From contig CDRNST010000079.1 in NCBI GenBank assembly GCA_977016875.1, forward strand, positions 1,054,001 through 1,118,000: a DNA stretch of 64,000 bases, in the 5' to 3' direction. Below the pieces are notes generated by a model. That model was not told where the DNA came from and did not search any database. It saw nothing but the letters and a program-made list of their open reading frames with translations. This DNA is from Pavona decussata (taxonomy: Eukaryota). Below are positions 25,601 to 34,256 of the stretch, piece by piece. Both the position numbers and the translations under genes were made by a program. The stretch's first letter is position 1. Each line of letters opens with the position of its first letter.

Positions 25601-28600
25601 CCTGTACACCCCCTAGATCTTTTGGCAATTAGATTTTGTGCTAAAAGAACGCAAAAATTAAGCCGCCGTTACACGTTCAAACTTTTAGCCAAAACTTGTG
25701 TGCAACAGCGCTTATGTTTTTAAGAGACCAGTTTCACGAAGGTTCTTTCATTCGCTACATGCTAAAGCCGCCGTTACACGTTGAAGCTTTTAGCTGAAAC
25801 TTGTGTGCAAAGGCGAACGGGATCAGTTTCACGAAGTAGTGTTACACGTTGAAACTCTTGTTTTTTCACCACTTCCACTGTTGAGAGCCGTTGCAGAAGT
25901 AGAAAGCGGTTCCACTTTTCGTGAAACTTGTCTCGCAACGGAAATTCGAAAAAGTTTCATGAAACCGACCTTGTTACACGGTGGAACGCCTGCTGAAACT
26001 TGTTTCATAGCGCCTTTGCACACAAGTTTCAGCTACACGTTTTTCATGGTAACGGAGGCTTACAGTGCGGACACTCGAACAGTGAACGGCTAAGGCTTTT
26101 TTGGACTTTTTCTCTCTTTGCAATATAAACAGACTAAAGAACATTTATCACTCGCTAAGAACTTTACATCTTTTTTCTGATTCAATGTTGTTAAAAAAAG
26201 GTCGGATTCATTGTTTTCAAGGGAGTTTCTGATTGGACAGCATTTGAAAAAAAAAGGTGAAAAAAAGCCTTGAGTGTTCACGGTTCGAGTGTCCGCTCTG
26301 TAAGGCTTGGGTTTTCATTAACCGCGATATTTTATTGTATTCATTTGTAGGCTTCGAGTGCCTGAGCCCGCGTTTCAGCCGCATACCAGTAATGCGGCAT
26401 ATACGTTATTGGGCTTCATCTTGAATAGTAGGAATTTGTTTATTTATTTTTTTTTTTTTTACATAGACTCAAAAGAAGGCTGGATCACGTGTATAAGGTT
26501 TAACTTCCGGGTTAAAAGAATAATGTATTTAAAGATTTTACCTGGAGGTTTCCACAAATGTAAAACACAGGACAAGATAATAATAATAATAATCATTGAG
26601 TAATATCTAGTAGCCACGTTGCTCACGTTGTATGCATTTCATTCATTCACATGAATGGAAGAAAGTGTAGTTGTTAAGAATGATTCAAAGATTGATGAAC
26701 GATGACAGATGGATGGATAGGTGGTTGAATGGATGGATGGATTTGATGATCTGCCATAACGACAGAAATCGAAGCCTAGAGCTTTACCTCCACAAACCCG
26801 TACATTACAACCACGCCTTTCGCTTGACGGCCCTGTGCAGTTGGCCCCACCGTGGACTGGAGGGGGGTTTGTACACGATCGTGTACGGGTCGAATTGCCA
26901 TTGCCACATGTTTTACTACAGGATGACCAGCTTCTCCAAGGTGACCAGTTTCCATTTACCGGTGCTAGAGAGAGAGAAACAAAAGGTGTAAGTAATAATC
27001 AACTTAACTCTATTTCTAAACAGTTAAACACACTGTGAAGTTGTTGTATCATTGGAAAAAGGATACCAAGGAAAACTGTCATCTCATGGTTTACGTTTGA
27101 GTGATCACTCCTCAGATGTTTGTCTACTGACCCAACAGTGAGAACCTCTTTGTAAAGCTTAATAACCATTACCACAAAAAGTACTACTCTGTAGCTTTAA
27201 TTGGTTATGGTGCAAGTAGATCTGGGGCTTTGATCCACAGACGGATATAAATGCCGCAAGAGCAATCTTATGGAGATCACGTAAACCACTGGAAGCTCGG
27301 GAGGGGGTTAACTCTATCTAGACCGAGAGGTGGAGAGGGTCTGATTGTGCCCGCGACGACTTTAAACCTGAAAAACTTTCCAAATATGCAAGAAAACGCC
27401 CTGAAACTCTAGTGCTTTTTCCGAAATTTGTCTGGAAAATCTTTGACGTGGTCGGTTAGTGCTTATAGACTTTGATGTTACCGTAGCAACGAATTTTTGA
27501 CAGGTAGTTTTCTTCTTTTTTTTTTTCAGAAAAATAGAATATCCTTTTTTAAAATGAAGAAAAATCACTTAATTCTTCCAGTAATTTTTATGTTTTTAGG
27601 TCACAATAGTTTCCCCTGTATTGTTTTTGATTACGCTTTCGTGAAGTTTTAGGGAAATCCAGAAATCCAAGATGGCGGATCCAAGATGACCACCATTTGA
27701 CAATCATGACCATATTACCACGTGACATGACGTCATAAATTGAAGTTGCGGACCTCAAAGGAGACATCTACAAACGTACTATCTATCCTCTAAGACTCAA
27801 TGTCATAACTTTTATACTTGCAAAGTTATGGAGGGGGGTGTCGACTAGTTTCCCCCCCCCCCTCCTTTCCCGGTCATAGAAGACAAAAAGAAGCCCGGTC
27901 TAGATAGGGTTAACCTTAATCCTATTGGCTCCTCCCAAAAGTAGACCCGGGACTGTTAAGCTACAATAAATTCTAATCGAGGTATCGAACTCAAAATAAT
28001 TCTGTTTTCGGCCAAATATTTTGATTGTCATTTTGAATAGAACAGTACTGACCTTTGCAGTCGTAGCACCCAGCGTCCTCTTTTGCATGACCATTACAAG
28101 GACTCCCACCAAAAGCTGGCGCTGGATTTGAGCAGGACCTGGAACGGCTCTTGGTACCAAAGCATTTGCTAGTACATGCTGTATAGTTAGACCACGGAGA
28201 CCATAGGCCATGCCTTGGAGTTGGTACTGAAAATTAAAAGGATACTTTTTAAGGATGTATTTAATTAGATTAACGTATTTTTTTGCCGTTTTTTTCTATC
28301 AAAAATTAAGCGATTGATTATTTCATATATCTAATGAGAAGCACAAAAGTTAGTACGCAAGTCGCTTGATGAAATCATTCGTTTTGTCTTTGATCCGTGC
28401 CTTAAAATCAAATTAGTTGAAGAAATTAAAAATCTAAATCTTGACTTGTAAACTTAAAGATAAAACCATTAATGCTATACCCCTAACGAACTTTTTGATT
28501 GATAAATTGCATAATTTTATCTACAATTACACGAACAAAGTGTAACTGGCCAGGAATGCAAGAATTGAGTGGAAATGTTATCAGTTTACATACACTATGA

Positions 28601-31386
28601 TGATGTTTCATCTTTTTTTAATAAAGACATACATCTTACATAATAATAAAAGCGATGTAATCCAAGGAAGATGCCACTAGCGTGACGGCAATAGGCCTAA
28701 AATATACTATACACCTCTCAGCCGCCTCAATTACAGAATCTGTGGTTGAGAGAGCCAATTTGCGACTTGCCGGTAGCTAGTTCGTGTATTAAGGATTTCC
28801 TGCTCCACAGTATACATGAAATTTAACCTTAGGCCGTAGGAAATGTGTCAAATGTTTGCCTCAGTGGATGAAATCTTAAAGTGTAACTATTTTCGCTAGA
28901 GCAGTTTTCTCTTCAATTTGTAATTCACTTTAGATTTTGTCGAATTCTTTAAAGTCGCTAAACCTTGACAAGGAAGGGAAAGAGATAACGCTAATTGCTC
29001 CGTACGTCATTACATACCGTTTCCACAGCTTTGTACATCAACCCGCATACAAATAATAATTTCTTCTTGCCTCACTGGTTCTTGAGGACGAAACCTCACA
29101 TAGCGAGCAGAAACAGGGGCAGCAAGGTTTGTCGTTACGACATCATCGCCATTATCCAATGGTCCATAAAAAGGCTGCAAAATGCCACCAAGGTTATTGG
29201 TGCTGGTTTTATCATATCAGTACAAAACTCATATATAAAATATTGAACTAAAGTATGTTGAAAAACATTAACCAGAAAATAAGGAAAACATTTGACCTCC
29301 CACCCTTCCTATAAGTCAGATATTGATGACGCAAAACAATGCACTCTGCGGAATGTTTCCTCACACTAAATGGATCTTATGAATATTACATCTACAGAAA
29401 TTTCTACCTAAGAAATTTTCCATTTTTGTAAAACTACACATAACTAATGAATGCAAGGCTGTAGATTAACTTTCAGGACCATAAATAGGTAGCTGTATTA
29501 TGGCAAGGGCTTTTCTATTTATCTCCTGAAGTTCATGACTAAGTAATTCTCGTTATCTTTTCAAGTTAAGAAGTTAAAGCCAATTGCTCGTTCAAAGCAT
29601 TCAGGCTGAAATAATGCCTTTCGAATTACTGACCGAGCAACACGAGACCAGTCTTAAGGATTTCGAAGTATCCAGGAAGTGATGATGATATGGCGTTTCT
29701 AATGCATTATCCACTGACCAACTGTAATACATTGTGGTAGTGTTAAGACGGGTGGTGATAATCAAAATTCTACCTTTGAACATTTGAAACAACATTGAGA
29801 ATATTACCTTGGGCCTTGATCCTTCGAGAATGGTTTGATAATTAACATTGTCGGTGCTTATGTTTACCAAGTATTCAGCAACCGCTTTCCGAGAGCCTGG
29901 TTTCCCTTGAACAGTTAGCTGGTCGAGCAATAAATTGAAACCTATAAAACGGCAAAGAAGAGTATATAAATGGCGGGTATTTAAAATTCCAGTCTAAAAG
30001 GTTTGAACAGCAACCAAGATTTTTAGGCCATGTAAGCCTGAAACTTCTTCTGTGTGGGAGTATTCACGTCTTAAGCCGCCGTTACACGTTGAAACTTTTA
30101 GCTGAAACTTGTGTGCAACGGCAAACGAGACCAGTTTCACGAAGTGGTGTTACACGGTAAAACTCTTGTTTTTTCACCACTGCGACCGTTGCGAGCCGTT
30201 GCAGAAGTAGAAAGCGGTTTTACTTTTTGTGAAACTTGTTTCGCAACGGAAGTTCGAAAAAGTTTCACGAAACCGACCATGTTACACGGCGCAACGCCTG
30301 CTGAAACTTGTTTCGCAGCGCCGTGGCACACAAGTTTCAGCTAAAAGTTTCAACGTGTAACGGCGGCTTTACGCTGCATTTTGGCAACCGAACCCCAAGC
30401 CCACATCTCCATTTTTTTTTTATATTTAAACATCTCCATTTGCGTTTACTGTCACTGTTCCAACGGTCCAGCAAACCTTGGTGATGGAGAGAGCAAGATG
30501 GTGAGAGAGAAGGGAATGGGATTTCATACCTGGAATATTCTAATGTAACGTAGACTAGGTTAGTTAAGAAGTAAACACACGACTNNNNNNNNNNNNNNNN
30601 NNNNNNNNNNNNNNNNNNNNNNNNNNNNNNNNNNNNNNNNNNNNNNNNNNNNNNNNNNNNNNNNNNNNNNNNNNNNNNNNNNNNNNNNNNNNNNNNNNNN
30701 NNNNNNNNNNNNNNNNNNNNNNNNNNNNNNNNNNNNNNNNNCAACAAAGTTACTGAAAGTTGTTAGCGAAAAAAGAAGTGTCTTCCTCGTTTTCCTTCTC
30801 CTTTCACTCCGAGAAATTTTACTATCGCAAAGCACACCAAAGATCTTTTTAGATTAAAATTATAAAGGGGAAGTGTCACGATGATTTGGTGTAATTAAAT
30901 GAAACCTAAAAATAATGGTCCAGTATTGTTACAAACTACTTCCTCACTGTACTAAATTTGTCAACATTGACCTGGTCATAGATATACTGAGGTGGAATGG
31001 ATTGCAACTTGAAAAATGTTAGGCTAACCTTTTTCGAGTTCCTGCATTTTCGTTTCCAAAATGCGCTAGACCAGATCGTGATTTGATCTTCTTCCAAAAC
31101 TTCAGTTGAGTTCTATCTCTGGCGGCGTAAGATAATTATTTTGTAGCTACGCGATGGCATTGAAGCGCCGTTTTCACCACAAAAGCTCAAAATCTTCGAG
31201 ACACTTCCCCTTAAAGATTTTTCAACTTACCGAGGTCAACTGTGAGGAACTGGAACTGATCGTCTATTCCAGCGCACCATACTTCGTTTCCATGCAGCAC
31301 TGGTTTACCCGGCCCAGCACTGCTAGACGAAGCAGAATACTGCGTATTGGGATTGATAAGAGAGACACAGCCAGAGCTTGGAGTTG
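64..31386 (-). CDS. Multi-exon receptor tyrosine kinase: F5/8C - TSP1x9 - vWA - TSP1x2 - Ig - Ig - TM - TK (3' end beyond the left edge, 5' end unresolved)
   Basis: 23 exons joined by hand with GT-AG boundaries and matching phases give one open frame of 3,927 nt; domain motifs are listed per exon below. Confidence 0.88.
969..1159 (-). CDS. RTK exon: juxtamembrane region plus kinase subdomains I-II
   Basis: tag|C CAA...ACA C|gtaagc; [41 protein letters not shown]...IVAAKCFT; WEI motif, GxGxFG loop and catalytic Lys; phase 2-1. Confidence 0.95.
1626..1635 (-). CDS. RTK 10-nt juxtamembrane microexon
   Basis: Branch-like TGACTAAT, long T tract, cacag|CTGCGACCAA|gtaagt; converts phase 1 (TM exon) to phase 2 (kinase exon), reading RRRA-AATN-QDEE. 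Confidence 0.8.
3492..3845. mobile_element. Non-autonomous DNA transposon (MITE A), TTAA-flanked
   Basis: ttaa|GGACGTTGCCT...AGGCAGTCC|ttaa imperfect TIRs; no coding capacity. Confidence 0.7.
3850..8313. mobile_element. Foldback-type non-autonomous DNA element B with ~2-kb inverted arms and TTAA target (RR..YY termini, Kolobok-like by inference)
   Basis: ttaa|GAGTGCCTGACTGTAACTT...AAGTTACAGTCAGGCACTC|ttaa; 3850-~5825 is the reverse complement of ~6305-8313; mirrored pseudo-ORFs appear in the track. Confidence 0.88.
8381..9727. mobile_element. Non-autonomous DNA element C, related to B
   Basis: ttaa|GAGCCATTGTCAGTAACTTTCGAGAATCCGGCGACAGAAGCG matches its reverse complement at ~9678-9727; shares the GTAACTTTCGAGAATC core with the B TIR. 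Confidence 0.8.
10499..11280. repeat. Degenerate tandem repeat (~185-bp unit x3, then shorter partial units)
   Basis: Recurring CTAGAT..TGGATATTTCTCAG..ATCTCCGCAAA and ATCAACCGATGAAAACATC at ~10500, 10685 and 10875. Confidence 0.75.
11719..11814 (-). CDS. RTK exon: transmembrane helix plus basic stop-transfer
   Basis: ttgcag|GA TGG...GCA G|gtacga; (G)[31 protein letters not shown]; not in the ORF track in this frame. Confidence 0.92.
12454..12750 (-). CDS. RTK exon: Ig-like domain 2
   Basis: [10 protein letters not shown]...LTCVV...VKWKKNG...[11 protein letters not shown]...STA; Ig C...W...DxGxYxC pattern, phase 1-1, 297 nt. Confidence 0.93.
13851..14123 (-). CDS. RTK exon: Ig-like (I-set) domain 1
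   Basis: [35 protein letters not shown]...[13 protein letters not shown]...LHVI; phase 1-1, 273 nt. Confidence 0.94.
14200..14229 (-). CDS. RTK 30-nt linker exon
   Basis: CCTAAC branch site, pyrimidine tract, ccag|AC ATG TCA AAA TAC AAT AAC TAC CTG ACA G|gtatgt; (D)MSKYNNYLT, phase 1-1. Confidence 0.72.
15389..15472. repeat. (ATT)n microsatellite; paralogous copy at ~19601-19684
   Basis: Seen directly. Confidence 0.95.
15832..16002 (-). CDS. TSP1 repeat 11 (duplicate of repeat 9)
   Basis: [41 protein letters not shown]...CNSRPCP; 171 nt, phase 1-1. Confidence 0.88.
16669..16839 (-). CDS. TSP1 repeat 10 (duplicate of repeat 6)
   Basis: [56 protein letters not shown]; 171 nt, phase 1-1. Confidence 0.88.
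17749..18306 (-). CDS. von Willebrand factor A domain exon (coadhesin-type, degenerate MIDAS)
   Basis: [18 protein letters not shown]...YGIIVYG...[14 protein letters not shown]...ILVISVTIG...ILR; 558 nt, phase 1-1. Confidence 0.93.
18401..18541. mobile_element. Short MITE
   Basis: CTATAGAGT..TTCACGATGGCCATATTGG / CCAACATGGCTGCCGTGAA..ACTCTATAG inverted termini. Confidence 0.65.
18779..18805 (-). CDS. 27-nt Pro/Thr linker exon
   Basis: tttacag|CT ACC ACA AGG ACA CCA ATA GCC CCA G|gttagt; (P)TTRTPIAP, phase 1-1. Confidence 0.8.
20038..20208 (-). CDS. TSP1 repeat 9
   Basis: [18 protein letters not shown]...CNSGPCP; 171 nt, phase 1-1. Confidence 0.92.
20825..20995 (-). CDS. TSP1 repeat 8
   Basis: [33 protein letters not shown]...CNPQACP; 171 nt. 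Confidence 0.93.
21689..21859 (-). CDS. TSP1 repeat 7
   Basis: [33 protein letters not shown]...CNTLLCP; 171 nt. Confidence 0.93.
22195..22390. repeat. Palindromic MITE-like element
   Basis: ACTACGTTTCGAAGACATCCTGGCT / AGCCAGGATGTCTTCGAAACGTAGT perfect inverted repeat. Confidence 0.7.
22770..23260. mobile_element. MITE; its right half was carried into the duplication at 16467
   Basis: TTAGGGGTATTGAAT / ATTCGATGCCTTTAA termini; internal TGCTCG(C) repeats. Confidence 0.55.
23278..23448 (-). CDS. TSP1 repeat 6
   Basis: [20 protein letters not shown]...CNTHPCP; 171 nt, identical to exon 16669-16839. Confidence 0.92.
24055..24216 (-). CDS. TSP1 repeat 5
   Basis: [31 protein letters not shown]...CNVGDCQ; 162 nt. 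Confidence 0.92.
24527..24697 (-). CDS. TSP1 repeat 4
   Basis: [34 protein letters not shown]...CSNQPCP; 171 nt. Confidence 0.93.
25286..25456 (-). CDS. TSP1 repeat 3
   Basis: [32 protein letters not shown]...CNTQQCP; 171 nt. Confidence 0.93.
25661..26035. mobile_element. Degenerate, doubled copy of the Harbinger/Tourist-like MITE
   Basis: Two AGCCGCCGTTACACGTT starts; body similar to 30074-30368. Confidence 0.8.
26055..26308. mobile_element. MITE
   Basis: CTTACAGTGCGGACACTCGAAC / GTTCGAGTGTCCGCTCTGTAAG TIRs. Confidence 0.7.
26788..26964 (-). CDS. TSP1 repeat 2
   Basis: [35 protein letters not shown]...CNVRVCG; 177 nt. Confidence 0.93.
27312..27909. mobile_element. piggyBac-like MITE
   Basis: ttaa|CTCTATCTAGACCG...CGGTCTAGATAGGG|ttaa; related fragments near 14600-14785, 17655-17730 and 55690-55880. 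Confidence 0.75.
28053..28226 (-). CDS. TSP1 repeat 1
   Basis: [36 protein letters not shown]...CYDCK; 174 nt. Confidence 0.92.
29018..29174 (-). CDS. F5/8 type C (discoidin) domain, part 3
   Basis: PFYGP...[14 protein letters not shown]...CMRVDVQSC; ARYVRxxP and CMRVxxxxC discoidin signature; phase 0-1. Confidence 0.92.
29808..29941 (-). CDS. F5/8 type C domain, part 2
   Basis: (G)[13 protein letters not shown]...[15 protein letters not shown]...PK; phase 1-0. Confidence 0.9.
30074..30368. mobile_element. Intact PIF/Harbinger (Tourist-like) MITE
   Basis: ~43-bp perfect TIR AGCCGCCGTTACACGTTGAAACTTTTAGCTGAAACTTGTGTGC; TTA target duplication on both sides. Confidence 0.88.
30585..30741. other. 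Assembly gap (157 N)
   Basis: N run inside the intron between F5/8C parts 1 and 2; the flanking exons join in frame. Confidence 1.
31231..31386 (-). CDS. F5/8 type C domain, part 1
   Basis: TPSSGCVSL...YSASSS...VWCAG...QFLTVDL(G); ASS, WC and LxVDLG motifs; phase 1-1. Confidence 0.91.
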
Positions 31387-33987
31387 CTGCAATAATAATA
31401 TTAAAAAAATAATAATAATATATACTGAAATCGTAGCCACGAAAGATTCTTATATGAAGCAAGATTGCTTGTCGGATTGTGCCCAGATTAAAAGATTTGG
31501 ACTTCAGCCTATTTTGCTATGCCTTGAAATAATGAAAAAATAATTAAGTAAAAGTCCAATATTACTTTATCACAGATTGATTTGTTGTCAAAACAAATCG
31601 TTTGCAGACAAGCCAACAATCTGCTGGCTTGCAGACTTGCACATTAGTTAGACCTATCTCTATAAGATCCTAGCAAACCGACAACTTTGATAGAATAGAA
31701 TACAATTTTCTTTATCCGTCACAACGATTACTTCAAGATCAAGTTTGTTGTGTAAATATGTATCCAAATTACTTGATGGGAAAACTCAGTTAAAAAAAAA
31801 AAATATCAAATCGATCAATTGCTCAGAAAACAAAACGCTAAGTAATATCGTCTTAAAGGTCTACATTGAGCCCAGAGGTAGACTTTTTACAAGCCTCAAA
31901 CAGAAAACAGGAAGGTACAGCTTAATAGCATTTATTTCAGTGAAATCACTTTAGCATGTATCTGTGAATGCAAGACATAAAAGCCGTATCAATCAGAAGT
32001 TTTCATATTAGTGTTTATACTTCATAAAGTGAAAGACGAAAGTTCAAACTGTATTATTACATTAGCCTGAGTTAAAAATATTATTTATGACTTAACAACT
32101 CAAACATCAGTCAGATTGGTCGATTAAAGTAGCCAAATACCATGACTTCGCTGTGATAAGCATTTATAGTATGTAAGATCATGATGATGGTGGTGCAACT
32201 CTTGCCTACGTCACCAATCACATGATCAGATGTCATTTTTTCCATACAACCAGTTTCCTGTTTTCTTCTGAGGCAATTAGCCCAGACAAGCCACTCCCTG
32301 TCTGATATCAAGCCATTACAATACTAGTCTTATTTAAGTATTCATTTCTGATGAGTGTAGAAAAATTGGCTACTGAAATTGCTTGTCTCCAATAAACTAG
32401 CATTTCCATTGAAAAATGTCAAAGTTTATCTGGATTTTTGCCAGTGAAGTGCAATCCAAGATTCCATTAAGCTGAAGTGACGTTTTTCCTTTTACCCTTT
32501 CTGCGGTTTTCATTACTCCGCTTAATATTTTTGAGATCCTTTTTGGAGTGCTGAGTCAAGTTATGTCCGCCTTACAATACCACACTGCTTGGCGTATAAA
32601 GTGCATGAAATTGGAAAAAAGGGGTTAAAATCGCACACGATGACAGCTTGATTGACCTCCGTTTGTGCTCAAGAGAATTCGTGCACAACCCTTAGGCGTA
32701 AACTTTCATCCTTGGCGATCAACAAACAAAATATTGGTTATTACTAATCCGTGAAAAATGTTACGAGCAAAACGTGCCTTCTACTAGAGAAGGTAGTGAT
32801 ATTATACAGCTGTGGGTGTGCTAAATATTTACGTCGTAGTTGAATATCATGATTGAGAAAATGTTTCAAGAATGTTGTAACCGTGATTTGTTATCGAGGT
32901 AAAGCTTCTGTACATAAACGGAATTTGAAAGTCAAGGAATCAAATTAGATTTTCATCTAGTGTAGTGACTGTATTTAAGACAATATTTCATCACAATCGT
33001 TTTGATGTCGCGTGGCTCTAAAGGACCAATATCTAGACCAACGCGAAGATTTATAATCATCGCTTGAAAGTAGAAGTTCACTTTATCTGAAGTTTGGAAT
33101 GATTTGCAAATCCACTTTAAATAGTAATTAGTCAATTAAAGTTTATAACTTTGCTAACCTCCATTAATTCTAATAGCAAAATTGGAATATGTATCCTACT
33201 GCCAAAAATAAATCAAATTGTTTTGCGAAAGAGTGTAATGTAACATTAACAACGTGGTTTAATAGCCAGAGTCTTCTTCAATAAAATTCCTACGCCATGG
33301 ACAGTGGACGACAATTAAGGTGGAAGGAACTGATAAATGCTTTCGGAAATTTAATCAGCCCGGCTTTGTGGGTTAATGTACACCTTTAATTTGGCCATGG
33401 CATCCTAACATCAAAACCTGCAGTTCAAAGTATTTGAGAGTATTTGATCATACTTGTCCTAACAAGTAGTTGAAGGCTGTTTATCTAGCAAACTACACTT
33501 TCAAATTTGAGGCACAGAAAAGAACAAGAAGGGAATAAACTTTTGAGAAAGCGCTGCTTTTTGAAGACCTTTGAAAGATCGCATACAATATGGCAATTTT
33601 TTTCTGAATTTAAACGAGGCGCAGAAGATATTTGCTTGAATTTAGTTGATAAGAAAATGACTGTAAACGAGCCTCGTACATCGGTATAAACTCCGAGATA
33701 TAATCCGGTAGCATTTTTGAACAACAGTGGCGTATCCTAAGTGAAAGTTAAGTGAAAAGTCCTTAGTAAAAAGTAACTTGAAAAAGAAACTAAAATTCGA
33801 GAAAAACTAAATCTCAATATCAGCTATTACGATTTTTAAAACCCATCGACTGCGTGAGGATATGAAGGATAAAAGAATTCGATCGGGGAACTACTCTAGC
33901 TAAGTTATATACAATTCGCTTAACTAAGAAGGAAGTTTTAAAATTAAGGAAAAATTAAGGTCGACAAACAAAAAAAAAATGTCTTAC

Positions 33988-34020
33988 CTCCATATGGATT
34001 ATAATAGTAGGTACTTCTTG
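33988..34020 (-). CDS. Candidate small N-terminal exon of the RTK, possibly truncated
   Basis: Strong donor GAG|gtaaga; phase-1 reading (A)RSTYYYNPYG; acceptor is weak (AAG) and lies 9 nt from the BEL LTR remnant. Confidence 0.45.
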
Positions 34021-34256
34021 CTTTCAAAGACATTCGTCTTGTAAGTATTCGTCGCTTATTTCGCTTGTCGTTTTCTATTCACATTGTCATTGTCATTGTT
34101 AATTTATTTGACTGTTATTTTATGTTATTTTTCAGTTACCTTAGCTTACCTTTCGTACTTGCTTTGGTTATTAAATGTTTGGTCTGTGTACGAGTTAACG
34201 CGTTTGCGACGACATTCGTAAAAGACGAATATTTTTTGCCGTCGGTGTCCGTTGCC

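Noticed and set aside
30337-30835. ORFs spanning the N run
   Set aside because: Artefacts of the assembly gap
32348-32390. CTGATGA...GAAA hammerhead-like core
   Set aside because: Stem II is weak and no stem I or III with a cleavage triplet could be built
33159-33458. Candidate 11-nt (33159-33169) and 5-nt (33454-33458) microexons
   Set aside because: Only moderate splice signals; in-frame combinations arise by chance among many tiny candidates, so they are not listed as features
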